This document shows, piece after piece, positions 1 through 9,084 of a stretch of 64,000 bases of DNA; positions within the stretch are counted from its first letter, which is position 1; the number at the start of each line of letters is the position of its first letter. Where the stretch lies: assembly GCA_019058445.1 (NCBI GenBank), contig JAHPZA010000003.1, positions 387,516 to 451,515 on the forward strand, read 5' to 3'. The position numbers were made by a program, and so were the translations under genes. This DNA is from Promethearchaeota archaeon. GTDB taxonomy: Archaea; Asgardarchaeota; Lokiarchaeia; Sigyniarchaeales; SOKP01. The notes beneath the pieces were generated by a model, which worked only from the letters and a program-made list of their open reading frames with translations, did no database searches and was not told the DNA's origin.

Positions 1-1
1 A

Positions 2-328
2 TTAAGCAGAGATCAACATCCAAAAGAGATTTTATGTCTTTTGAGAATTCATGAGGGAATAGTAAATGAATTTATTTTACCTCCTGGTGCAGTGACTTCT
101 GTTAGTTCTGGAATATTCTTCTCCAGTCGTATTCCATTTGATTCATCAATCGAAGGAACTGCTCATTCTCATCCATCAGGAAATTTATATCCCTCTATGG
201 GTGATTTAAGAGGGGTATTTCAAAAAAAAAAAATCCATTTTATTATTGGATATCCATATAGTAACTTTTCTAATGTAAAATGTTTTGATAGGCACGGAAA
301 TGAAATTCCATTCCAGATTGTTAAATAA
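2..328 (+). CDS. JAMM/MPN+ zinc metalloprotease domain protein, 5' end cut by window edge
   Basis: The frame is open from nt 2, and the listed start at 41 is an internal TTG. The translation has PKEILCLL (conserved Glu) followed by HSHPSGNLYPSMGD, which is the H-x-H-x7-S-x2-D JAMM motif. Confidence 0.8.
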   Translation, partial: LSRDQHPKEILCLLRIHEGIVNEFILPPGAVTSVSSGIFFSSRIPFDSSIEGTAHSHPSGNLYPSMGDLRGVFQKKKIHFIIGYPYSNFSNVKCFDRHGNEIPFQIVK

Positions 329-682
329 ATGACAATATATCATAAATTCTTCGATAATTTATTCTAATGTTTAATATGTGGATATTACTGCATTAAATAT
401 TTAGTTTTATGTGATTTGAGTTTATCTTTATGAGAACTTTTACTTTCGTAGAAAATGGAATTAATAGAAGAAGAGACTGAAATTTATAATTCTAAAATGC
501 GCCTTTTAATGTGGCTCTATGATGAATTAAAGCTAAATCCTGAAATGAAAGATGAGTTAAATATTAAAGGTCAGATGTTACCTCTCAATGCTTAACATAT
601 TTGTACTTAATGAGTAGGATATACTTCTTTCTATGAGGTTTTAAAAAAGATTTATCTGCATTAAAATAAATAAGGGTAAATT

Positions 683-1261
683 TTATATTTCCAAAGGAGT
701 CGTTTTTTCTAATACAGCTAACTCTTTCTCTAGTGCTTTAATTTCACCTTGAATTTTTTTAATATCAGGTTTTTTTTCAGATGCAATTTCTTTTAATTTA
801 CCTCTTAGTGCTTTATTTTTTTCTTTATTTATATTTTTGACCTGTTTAGTAAGAGATTTTACTGCTTTTTTTAATTCTTTATACTTAAGTTTCCATTCCT
901 CGAAATTAGCGGTAGCTTCACCTATTCTGGATTTTTCTGATTCTAACATAGCTTCAAGATCTTCAATTTTTTGAGTATCAACATTCTCAGCTTCTTTTTC
1001 TGCTTTAATCTCTTTTATCAGAGTCTTGATTGACTTTTTAATTTTCTTCTCAACTATTTTTGAATCCTCATACTGTTCCGCAATGCTATCTAAATTCTTT
1101 TGTTCTTCTGTTAATTTGGATTCTAATTCCGAAATTTGGGGACCATACTCTTCCTCTAATTCATTTTCAACCTTAGACTTTTCAATTGTAGCCTCATTTT
1201 CTAACTTCTTTATTTGTTCTTCCTTTTCTTTAATTTGGTTTCTAATCTCATTTTCTGCCAT
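683..1261 (-). CDS. Coiled-coil protein of unknown function (paralog of 1470..1952)
   Basis: 192 aa, dominated by E/K/L/I with heptad-like spacing. The C-terminal part aligns with its neighbour (KELKKAVKSLTKQVK...IKALEKELAVLEK vs KKELTQTVKTLTKEHK...IKALEKQLAALEK). An internal repeat is visible (KKSIKTLIKEIK / KKAVKSLTKQVK). Confidence 0.6.
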   Translation of the reverse strand: MAENEIRNQIKEKEEQIKKLENEATIEKSKVENELEEEYGPQISELESKLTEEQKNLDSIAEQYEDSKIVEKKIKKSIKTLIKEIKAEKEAENVDTQKIEDLEAMLESEKSRIGEATANFEEWKLKYKELKKAVKSLTKQVKNINKEKNKALRGKLKEIASEKKPDIKKIQGEIKALEKELAVLEKTTPLEI

Positions 1262-1469
1262 AACTAAAATTCGCCTATTATACGTTCAATTAACTTTTCT
1301 TTAATAATTTGTAATAAATTAAGAATTATTTTTAATGTTTTTAAAAATTCTTGTTTACCCCTATTATTCGCACTCAGATTGAAGGAAAAAAGATTAAAAT
1401 TCTTATAAAATAAAATCAGAAAAAATTATGAAAATAATAAGAAATAAAAAAAATACGTTGAAAATAAAA

Positions 1470-1952
1470 TTATTCCTCTCTTGCTGCCTTCTCTAATGCT
1501 GCCAATTGTTTTTCTAAGGCTTTAATTTGTTTCCTTAGTGGTGAAATTTGAGATTTTTTATCAGTCTCAATTTGCTTGAGCTTTGATTTAAAAGCATTAG
1601 ATTTATCTTTCGTTAACACTTTATGTTCTTTTGTGAGAGTTTTGACTGTTTGAGTTAACTCTTTCTTTTTAGTAGCCCATTCTGCCGCTTTTTCAATAGC
1701 TTCATCTAACTTAGATTGCTCACTTTCTAAACTTGATTTCACTTCGGAGATTTTAGAATCATATTCATCATCAACTTCTTTTTCTGCGGAAGCATCTTTT
1801 TTGGCAGCTTCTTCTTCTATTTTTGTAATTTCATCTTCTTTTGCCGAGATTTGGCTTCTTAAGTCACTTTCAGACATCATTATCATTCTCTTTGAATTTA
1901 CTTTTTTATCGTCGAAATATCTTTTCGGATAATGTGTAACTTTCATCTTCAT
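1470..1952 (-). CDS. Coiled-coil protein of unknown function (paralog of 683..1261)
   Basis: 160-aa ORF. Alignment to the paralog N-terminus (SESDLRSQISAKEDEI vs MAENEIRNQIKEKEEQI) suggests the real start may be one of the MIMM methionines at 1877-1886 rather than 1952. Confidence 0.55.
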   Translation of the reverse strand: MKMKVTHYPKRYFDDKKVNSKRMIMMSESDLRSQISAKEDEITKIEEEAAKKDASAEKEVDDEYDSKISEVKSSLESEQSKLDEAIEKAAEWATKKKELTQTVKTLTKEHKVLTKDKSNAFKSKLKQIETDKKSQISPLRKQIKALEKQLAALEKAAREE

Positions 1953-2064
1953 TATTTTTAATTATTAGCTTTTTAGCTCATTCTTGGATTCTAATATAAT
2001 AAGAATTTCTAAATGAAAATAAAGCCATATAAAAAATTTAAAAAAAAAATATGTTGTAAAAGAG

Positions 2065-3084
2065 TTAATAATCTAATTCTTCTCCAAGAGAGAGGCGACA
2101 AAGATCACTTAGCAAATAATTTTTTAAACCCTTTCGTCTGGTTTTACCACCAAGAGCTTCCTTACACATTGAACAAGTGTAAACAACTACTTCAGCTCCA
2201 TGGTCTATCATATCTTTAACGTTTTCAGTTTGAGATTTCCGCATTAAAGCTGTCTTGCCAAAAACTGGAAAAATTCCTCCACAACATAACGCATCTTCTC
2301 TATCAAATTTTCTAGGTACTCTTTCAACGCCAATGAGATCGCATATTTTATCTACAAATTTATCCACTTCTGGGATAAACCTATTGGAACAACTACGTTG
2401 ATAAGCCATTTTTAGGTTCAATTTTTTCAGTTCTGATTCATGGTCCTTTAAATAATTATACAAGTACTCATAAATATGAATCGGTTTGAAATCACTCGGA
2501 AGCTCTATATTATTTCGAGGGCAGTATGAAGCCCAAAATCCATAGCATTCATCATGAAAGCAAAGTAACTCTTTAATACCCTGTTTTTTCACGTTATCTA
2601 TTATAATGGGAGCTCTTTCTTTTATGATAGAATCGCGCATATAATGGTGATACACTAAATTACAAAAGAAATCGGTCCCTTTTACAAACTGTAAATTATC
2701 AAACAACTGTCCTTGTAGATTTTCCGCATTTAGTTTTGCTAAACCACATTTATTTAAAACCGGTTTGCTTGGATCTATTGGCTTAAGGTTGACTTCATCA
2801 TGTGGCGCAAAATTCTTAATTGTGGCATCAATTATTTTAGGATTAATATTAAGCGAATTAAATTTTTCTTGCAGTTCTATTTTTAAATCAAATGGATGAG
2901 AATTATAAGGGCAATATTCGTCGCAAGCAAAACATGTTACACAATTTTTTAACACAAAAGAATCCTCACCATTTATCATTTTTTCCATTTCTATCCTTGC
3001 CGTTTCTTTATCAATATCCATCCACTGACATCTGGTCAAGCAATCTATATTTTCACATTCTGCGCAATTAGTGTTATCAAACAT
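2065..3084 (-). CDS. HdrD/GlcF-like iron-sulfur protein with CCG-type cysteine-rich domain, paralog 1 of 3
   Basis: 339 aa. N-terminal CAECENIDCLTRC (C-x2-C-x4-C-x3-C), ferredoxin motif CVTCFACDEYCP, and a C-terminal CCG module SCSNRF...ALCCGG...YTCSMCKE. Collinear with the two downstream paralogs. Confidence 0.75.
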   Translation of the reverse strand: MFDNTNCAECENIDCLTRCQWMDIDKETARIEMEKMINGEDSFVLKNCVTCFACDEYCPYNSHPFDLKIELQEKFNSLNINPKIIDATIKNFAPHDEVNLKPIDPSKPVLNKCGLAKLNAENLQGQLFDNLQFVKGTDFFCNLVYHHYMRDSIIKERAPIIIDNVKKQGIKELLCFHDECYGFWASYCPRNNIELPSDFKPIHIYEYLYNYLKDHESELKKLNLKMAYQRSCSNRFIPEVDKFVDKICDLIGVERVPRKFDREDALCCGGIFPVFGKTALMRKSQTENVKDMIDHGAEVVVYTCSMCKEALGGKTRRKGLKNYLLSDLCRLSLGEELDY

Positions 3085-3153
3085 CTACCACATTTTCTCC
3101 AATTGTAAGATTTTGCTTAATATATTGATTTATTACTTTATGTTTAATCATTG

Positions 3154-4182
3154 TTAATAATCTAATGTTTCTCCTAAAGCAAGTCTCGCTAAATCGCTAA
3201 TAAAATAAGATTTCAAACCCTTACCGGTTACTTTTCGATCCAAGGTGTCCATACACATAGGACAATTAAAAATGCAAACTTCTGCGCCATGGTCTATCAT
3301 ATCTTGAACATTTTCATTTTGTGTTTTCCGAACCAGTTTTGGATGACCTCTCATTCCAAAGGGGGCAGCACAGCAAATACCATTTTCTCTATCAAATTTC
3401 CTTGCGACACGTTCTACTCCAATTAGTTCACATATATCATCGAGCATCTTATCAGTTTCGGGGACATATCTATTAGAACAATTTCGCTGATATGCTGCTT
3501 TTAAATTAAGTTTAATAATCTCAGATTCATGGTCTTTAAGATAATTATAGACATATTCGTAAATATGTACGGGTTTAAAAGGTACTTCAATGTTATTTCT
3601 TTGACAATAGGAAGTATATAATCCATAACACTCGTCATGCCAACAAATCACTTCAGTATCTTTTAAAACTCCTGCTTTTCTAAAATTATCAAGGATAGTT
3701 GGAACACGTTCTTTAATGATAGAAGGTTTTGCCACATGCTGGTATACTAATTGACAGAAATAATGCAATCCACCTACAGATTGCAGTTCATCAAACATTG
3801 GTCCGGTCATTTGTTTCGCATTCACTTTAGGAAATGCACATTTGTTTAAAACTGGCTTAATTGGATCAATCGGTCTTGCTTTAAATTCACCCTTAGCTGC
3901 ATACATATTAACTGAGTTCTGGGCAATTGTAGGTGAAATATTTTGAGACTGATATCTTTCCTGCAATTCATTGATCAAATCGAAAGGATGGGAATGATAT
4001 GGACAATATTCATCGCAAGCAAAGCAAAGCATGCAATCTTTTAATATGCGACAATCTTCATCCTCATTAATCAATTTGTTAATTTCTGCTCTTGCCGCTT
4101 CAATATTTTCAAATTCAATCCATTGACATTTCATCATGCAGTCAACGCCTTCACATTCGGAACAATGAGATTTATCAAATAT
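3154..4182 (-). CDS. HdrD/GlcF-like iron-sulfur protein, paralog 2 of 3 (start codon uncertain: ATA at 4180-4182 or ATG at 4135-4137)
   Basis: Same architecture as its neighbours (CMLCFACDEYCP, ICCAAPF, NCPMCMD). The frame stays open upstream of the listed ATG and encodes IFDKSHCSECEGVDC, which aligns to the N-termini of both paralogs. Confidence 0.65.
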   Translation of the reverse strand: MFDKSHCSECEGVDCMMKCQWIEFENIEAARAEINKLINEDEDCRILKDCMLCFACDEYCPYHSHPFDLINELQERYQSQNISPTIAQNSVNMYAAKGEFKARPIDPIKPVLNKCAFPKVNAKQMTGPMFDELQSVGGLHYFCQLVYQHVAKPSIIKERVPTILDNFRKAGVLKDTEVICWHDECYGLYTSYCQRNNIEVPFKPVHIYEYVYNYLKDHESEIIKLNLKAAYQRNCSNRYVPETDKMLDDICELIGVERVARKFDRENGICCAAPFGMRGHPKLVRKTQNENVQDMIDHGAEVCIFNCPMCMDTLDRKVTGKGLKSYFISDLARLALGETLDY

Positions 4183-4364
4183 TTTAATACACCCTATACT
4201 TTTTTTATTATTTTTGAATAATTATTAGTTATAATTTTAATTATATGGGAGTAATTATTAATTTTGTTTTGTAATAAAAATTTGGTTCCAAATGCAACTT
4301 ATTCTTTTACAAAATAGTAGAGATTTTCATTAATAGGAAATTTAAAGAAAAAAATTAAGTGGTT

Positions 4365-5387
4365 TTAATAATCCAACTTTTCACCTAAAGCAAGCCGACA
4401 AAGATCACTAAGTAAATAATTTTTTAGACCTTTCCTCTCTACCTTTGAACCCATTGTCTCTTTACAAAAAGGACAATTATAAACGCATAATTCTGCTTCG
4501 TATTCAATCATGTCATTAACATTTTTATTTTGGGTCTCTCTGATTAGATTTCTTTTCCCTAACAAAGCAAAGGGAGCTGTACAGCACAAAGCATTTTCTC
4601 TATCATATTTTCTTTTAACTCTCTCAACACCTATCAATTCACAGATTTTATCAACCCATTTATCTGTTTCTGGATGAAATCGATTAGAACAACTTCTTTG
4701 ATATGCTATTTTCACATTTAGCTTTTTTATTTCTGATTCATGTTCTTTCAAATTGTTATATAAATATTCAAATAAGTGAATTGGACGAAAATTTGAAGGA
4801 AGTGTAATATTATTTCGAGAACAATAAGAAGCCCAAAATCCATAGCATTCGTCGTGAAAACAAATTAAATCTTGAACATTTTGTTTCTCGATATTATTAA
4901 TTAGAATTGGTGCTCGTTCTTTTATTAAAGAATCTTTAGCTACATGAAGATACATAAGATTACAAAAAAAATCCGTTCCACTAACATATTGAAGATTTTC
5001 AAATAATGGACCTTTCATATTCTCACCACACATTTTACTAAGAGCACATTTACTTAAAACTGGTTCATCCGATTTAATTGCTTTAAGCTTTAATTTCTCG
5101 TGAGGTTCAAACATATCAATTGTTCTTTGCACTAGTTGAGGATTTATATTATAAGAATTGAATTTTTCCTGTAATTGAACTATCAAATCAAATGGATGAG
5201 ACCCATAGGGACAATATTCGTCACACGCTAAACAGGTAACACATTCATTTAAAACTCGAGATTCTTCACCGTTGATCATTTTAGTCATTTCTGCTTTAGC
5301 AGCATCCTTGTTGTCAAATTCAATCCATTGACAACGGATCATACAGTCTATGCCTTCACAATTTGCACAATTCGATTTATCAAACAT
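4365..5387 (-). CDS. HdrD/GlcF-like iron-sulfur protein, paralog 3 of 3
   Basis: 340 aa. Motifs: CANCEGIDCMIRC, CVTCLACDEYCP, SCSNRF...ALCCTAPF...NCPFCKE. Confidence 0.75.
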   Translation of the reverse strand: MFDKSNCANCEGIDCMIRCQWIEFDNKDAAKAEMTKMINGEESRVLNECVTCLACDEYCPYGSHPFDLIVQLQEKFNSYNINPQLVQRTIDMFEPHEKLKLKAIKSDEPVLSKCALSKMCGENMKGPLFENLQYVSGTDFFCNLMYLHVAKDSLIKERAPILINNIEKQNVQDLICFHDECYGFWASYCSRNNITLPSNFRPIHLFEYLYNNLKEHESEIKKLNVKIAYQRSCSNRFHPETDKWVDKICELIGVERVKRKYDRENALCCTAPFALLGKRNLIRETQNKNVNDMIEYEAELCVYNCPFCKETMGSKVERKGLKNYLLSDLCRLALGEKLDY

Positions 5388-5511
5388 GTTTAATAGTACT
5401 TTTTATAATTAATTTTGAATAATTATTATCTATATTTATTATTACATCTTACTTGATAAAAAGGTTTAATTTCAAATTTCTTTTCTTTTATCTAAAAGTT
5501 CGTAATTTCCT

Positions 5512-6027
5512 TCATTCTTTTACGACAAATTCCCATGCGCAGTAATAATCGTCCGGGTGTGAGTCTGGCGGGCAACATATACAGTTGGTTTCTATTCGAG
5601 GATCGATAGTTGTTGCAAAATCGCCGTATTCAACTAATCCAACACCTTTACATGGAAAATCAGGCAACCCCCTACTTTTTCTGGCATATTGTACTCGGCA
5701 ATTATTCATCCGAAAAATGCAGCGATTCTCAGATATTTCGACAATTTCTTGTTCATTTATATTAGCATAAACTCTGAATTTTAATGCGCTGATTAATGCG
5801 GGAATTCCCCCATTATCGGGAAGTTTGAATCTCTGTTTTATTCTTTTAGCTTCTATTACAGTAAATCGTTTCCATTGCTTAATATCAATATCGATAGCTT
5901 TTTCTATACCGAATTCTTTCTCAACAACTTGAAACCAAGTACCATCAATAGCAAGCCAATTCTTAGAGATATCTTCGATATAGTTGATTAGTTCGTCCTT
6001 TGAGAGATTTAAAAGTTCCTCGTTCAT
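5512..6027 (-). CDS. Cys-rich cytosolic protein, DUF6125-like (recalled from memory)
   Basis: 171 aa. Contains WLAIDGTWFQ, CRVQYARK, FPCKGVGLVEYGDFA and CICCPPDSHPDDYYCAWEF. It is co-directional with, and immediately upstream of, the HdrD-like array. Confidence 0.4.
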   Translation of the reverse strand: MNEELLNLSKDELINYIEDISKNWLAIDGTWFQVVEKEFGIEKAIDIDIKQWKRFTVIEAKRIKQRFKLPDNGGIPALISALKFRVYANINEQEIVEISENRCIFRMNNCRVQYARKSRGLPDFPCKGVGLVEYGDFATTIDPRIETNCICCPPDSHPDDYYCAWEFVVKE

Positions 6028-6090
6028 AACAACTCAATTTTAAAAAGTCAATAATCCGTGATTTGGATAAAGAGAAATAATTTATATAGT

Positions 6091-7824
6091 TTATTTCCAA
6101 GTATTTTTCTTACTTTCAGATTCATTCCACAATTTTCTAAGCATATATGCTGCCATTTTTGGCCTACGATCTCTCGTAAATACGCCTTTATAATTATAGG
6201 CTCCTACTCTATGGATACCTTGAGGAGTTTTGAAATCACACATGTTCCATATATGTTGCCCAATGACATAGGGCTTACTATTTATAACTTCGATGTATTT
6301 TTTCAAAAACTCTACTTGATACTCTTCGCTGAACATTTCGGGCGGTTGGGAATGCCATCCTGGAATAGTATCTGCTCCAAATTCCGCTAATATTATTGGT
6401 TTAGAATATTTTTGATAAAATTTATCAATCTCTTTTGACAAATCTTCACATCCTTCATCAATCAGTCCTGGTCCAATATACCACGCATAGTAACGATTCA
6501 TACATACTATGTCTAAAAATTCAAAGGCTCTATCTCTTACAGCTTGCATATTAATTATGGTAACCAGTCTTGTTGGATCAATTTCCTTACTTAAATCATA
6601 TAACTCCCTGAAAAAATCTTTAGATTTTGTGCTAGAATGAGGTTCATTTGCTAAACTCCACACGATTACGCTTGGATGGTTCTTGTCGCGAGCAATAAGC
6701 TCTCTTGTATATTGTTTACAAAGCTCTAGATGGCGTTCAATATGGCGCTTGTGAAACGTTAGCCCAACTGCCGGAGTTTCATCTATAACCAAAAAGCCGA
6801 GTTGGTCTGCAAGATCCATCATCTGTTCGGAATAAGGATAATGGGAAGTGCGAAAGGAATTGGCCCCAATCCATTTCATTAATGAATAATCTTTAATAAT
6901 AACTGCTGGATTATATCCCCTTCCTGTTATAGGAAAGTCAATATGTTTGGCAAATCCAATTAATTCGATTGTGTTACCATTTAGGAGCAATTGATCTCCG
7001 GAAACTTCAATCGTTCTTATTCCTATTCTTAGTTGATATGAATCGAAGATAGAATCATTTTTTAAGAGCTCGACTGTGAGATCGTATAGATTAGGATGGT
7101 CGGGATCCCATAGTGCAGCATTTGGTACTTCGATTATAAGTTCTGCCGTTTTATCTTCTATTATTGCTGTTTTTGATAAATCTATTCCATGACCTTTTAG
7201 ATTAATATTCGCTGTTAAGGAACTTTTTTCAGCACATTCGAGAATTATCTGGACTTTTCCCATATCACCTTCAATGGAAGTGCGAACAGTGATATCTTCG
7301 ATGCCATCATTTGGAATTGAATAGAGTAAGACTGGACGATGAATACCACAATAGGGAAAAAAATCAAAATTAGTTGCTGGATAAAACATAGGACGCCCTC
7401 CGGGGGGAACTCGATCATCGGCTAAATTACCATCTACTCTTACGATTAAATGATTATTTTGAGCTTTTAGTTTAGAAGTAACGTTAAACTCGAAGGGAAT
7501 ATGTCCTCCCTCATGTTGTCCAAGTTGATCCCCGTTCAGCCAAACCTCTGCTATATAGTTCACAGAGCCAAATCGTAGAGTTACTTTTTGATCCGTCCAA
7601 CCCCATGGAAGATCGAAATACGTTTGATACCATGCGGGACCTAAAAAATCTCGATTATCGGCAAATTGGTCGTTCCAGCTTGCCGGTACGGCAATTGGCT
7701 GGCTTTTATCAAATCCAGACTGCCAATTCTCTTTCAATCCTTCGTTATTAGTATCAAAACGGAAATCCCAAAAGCCAGATAAATCAATATATTGACGATA
7801 CTTATTTCTTTGTGGATAAAGCAT
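6091..7824 (-). CDS. uidA: Glycoside hydrolase family 2 beta-glucuronidase
   Basis: 577 aa. The N-terminus (LSGFWDFRFD...AVPASWNDQFAD...WYQ...LRFGSVNYIAEVWLNG) is collinear with E. coli GUS. Acid/base motif WSLANEP and nucleophile motif LAEFGAD are present. Confidence 0.85.
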   Translation of the reverse strand: MLYPQRNKYRQYIDLSGFWDFRFDTNNEGLKENWQSGFDKSQPIAVPASWNDQFADNRDFLGPAWYQTYFDLPWGWTDQKVTLRFGSVNYIAEVWLNGDQLGQHEGGHIPFEFNVTSKLKAQNNHLIVRVDGNLADDRVPPGGRPMFYPATNFDFFPYCGIHRPVLLYSIPNDGIEDITVRTSIEGDMGKVQIILECAEKSSLTANINLKGHGIDLSKTAIIEDKTAELIIEVPNAALWDPDHPNLYDLTVELLKNDSIFDSYQLRIGIRTIEVSGDQLLLNGNTIELIGFAKHIDFPITGRGYNPAVIIKDYSLMKWIGANSFRTSHYPYSEQMMDLADQLGFLVIDETPAVGLTFHKRHIERHLELCKQYTRELIARDKNHPSVIVWSLANEPHSSTKSKDFFRELYDLSKEIDPTRLVTIINMQAVRDRAFEFLDIVCMNRYYAWYIGPGLIDEGCEDLSKEIDKFYQKYSKPIILAEFGADTIPGWHSQPPEMFSEEYQVEFLKKYIEVINSKPYVIGQHIWNMCDFKTPQGIHRVGAYNYKGVFTRDRRPKMAAYMLRKLWNESESKKNTWK

Positions 7825-7978
7825 ATTCTATTCTCTTTTCGTTTTTTCTATTTCTTTTTTTATAATAAGAAATAAAGAATAATTAATAAAGATCTTAATC
7901 CTTTGAAAAGGAGTTAGTTAAAAATAAAGCTTAATTTTATCAAAATAATCACAATTTAATCCATATGATGAAATTAAA

Positions 7979-8920
7979 ATGAATATAAATGAAATTAAAC
8001 AAGTTATGGTAGTTGGAGCAGGAACTATGGGTCATTCCATTGCCCAAGTGTACGCTCAATCAGGATTTGATGTAGATATAGTTGATTTAAAGCAAGAATT
8101 ACTTAATAAAGCATTAAATAAAATTAGACTCAACTTAAACCTTTTAGCTGATTATCAACGCGTTCCATCTGATGAAATTGATTCTATTTTAAGTCGTATA
8201 CATCTTTCAACTAATCTTAAAGTCGCAGCTAAAAGAGCTGATTATGTTGTTGAAGTTGTTAGTGAAAACCGAGAAATAAAAAGAGAAGTTTATTCTCAGT
8301 TGGATGAATATTGCTCAAGTAAGATAATATTCGCCAGTAATACGTCGGAATTAAATATTTTCAAATTAGTAGATATTAATAATCCCGAAAGATTAGTAAT
8401 TCAGCATTGGTTTAGACCTGCTCATATAATTCCTTTAGTTGAAATAGTGGCAGGAAGAAAAACAACTCCAGAAGTAGTCGATTTATCATATAATATGCTA
8501 AAGAAACTTGGTAAAACTCCAATTATCTTAAAGAAATTCACAAATGCATTTATCGTAAATAAAATCCAGCAGGCAATGAATTCTGCTATATTCGGACTTT
8601 TATTAAAAGGGATTGCAACACCCGAGGAAATTGATTTAGCAGTGAAAACAAGTTTCAGCTTAAGGTTGCCTGTTGTAGGCGTGGTCCAGAATTTAGATTT
8701 TGTTGGACTTGATGTCATATCTGATGTTCTTAAAAATATGGGCCTAGAGCTTTCGATAATTAAAGAAAGAGTTGATCAAGGACACTATGGTGTAAAAACT
8801 TCTAAAGGTTTATTTGATTATAGTGGGCGTAGTGAAGAGGAAATTCTTAGAAAAAAGGATGAAAAATACCTTAAAATACTCAAGTTTCTTGAAGAATTAG
8901 ATATATTTGAACCAGTATAA
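7979..8920 (+). CDS. 3-hydroxyacyl-CoA dehydrogenase family (HADH / L-carnitine dehydrogenase-like) NAD-dependent dehydrogenase
   Basis: 313 aa. Rossmann motif VVGAGTMGHSIAQ, ASNTS and PLVEIV motifs. It is a full-length paralog of 45860..46792. Confidence 0.8.
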   Translation: MNINEIKQVMVVGAGTMGHSIAQVYAQSGFDVDIVDLKQELLNKALNKIRLNLNLLADYQRVPSDEIDSILSRIHLSTNLKVAAKRADYVVEVVSENREIKREVYSQLDEYCSSKIIFASNTSELNIFKLVDINNPERLVIQHWFRPAHIIPLVEIVAGRKTTPEVVDLSYNMLKKLGKTPIILKKFTNAFIVNKIQQAMNSAIFGLLLKGIATPEEIDLAVKTSFSLRLPVVGVVQNLDFVGLDVISDVLKNMGLELSIIKERVDQGHYGVKTSKGLFDYSGRSEEEILRKKDEKYLKILKFLEELDIFEPV

Positions 8921-9084
8921 ATATGGAAGAGGGCAAACGCTTTAAGTTTTTTAATACTCATAAAAGAAACAATAATCAAATTAGATCCTCACAATAAAAA
9001 GAGATAATTTACAATAATTTTTATTTAAAAATATCTAATTTTAATTAAAAGAAATCAAATTAAGAATTAAGAGGTTATTAAAAA

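Noticed and set aside
455-595. Unlisted 46-codon ORF (MELIEEETEIYNSKMRLLMWLYDELKLNPEMKDELNIKGQMLPLNA) in the gap after the JAMM gene.
   Set aside because: It has no RBS, no recognisable motif and no C-terminal Gly-Gly that would tie it to the JAMM protease. It cannot be supported from sequence alone.
1026-1304. Listed ORFs lying antisense to or overlapping clearly homologous genes. These are 1026..1304, 2013..2219, 5585..5770, 6058..6390, 8422..8718, 9482..9670, 10247..10438, 14474..14659, 15250..15486, 17256..17537, 18034..18279, 20058..20252, 22336..22530, 22801..22992, 24094..24300, 25620..25955, 26084..26311, 29230..29550, 29759..29962, 31647..31859, 34909..35193, 35430..35639, 35987..36181, 36599..36853, 38138..38458, 39740..39922, 42414..42608, 46380..46688, 49789..50025, 50402..50800, 51477..51746, 51938..52210, 51985..52194, 52936..53127, 54176..54556, 54297..54587, 59816..60013, 59859..60041 and 60710..60922.
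   Set aside because: Each overlaps a longer ORF with recognisable family motifs on the other strand or frame. Their translations are low-complexity (S/F/L/I-rich) shadow products, as expected in AT-rich DNA.
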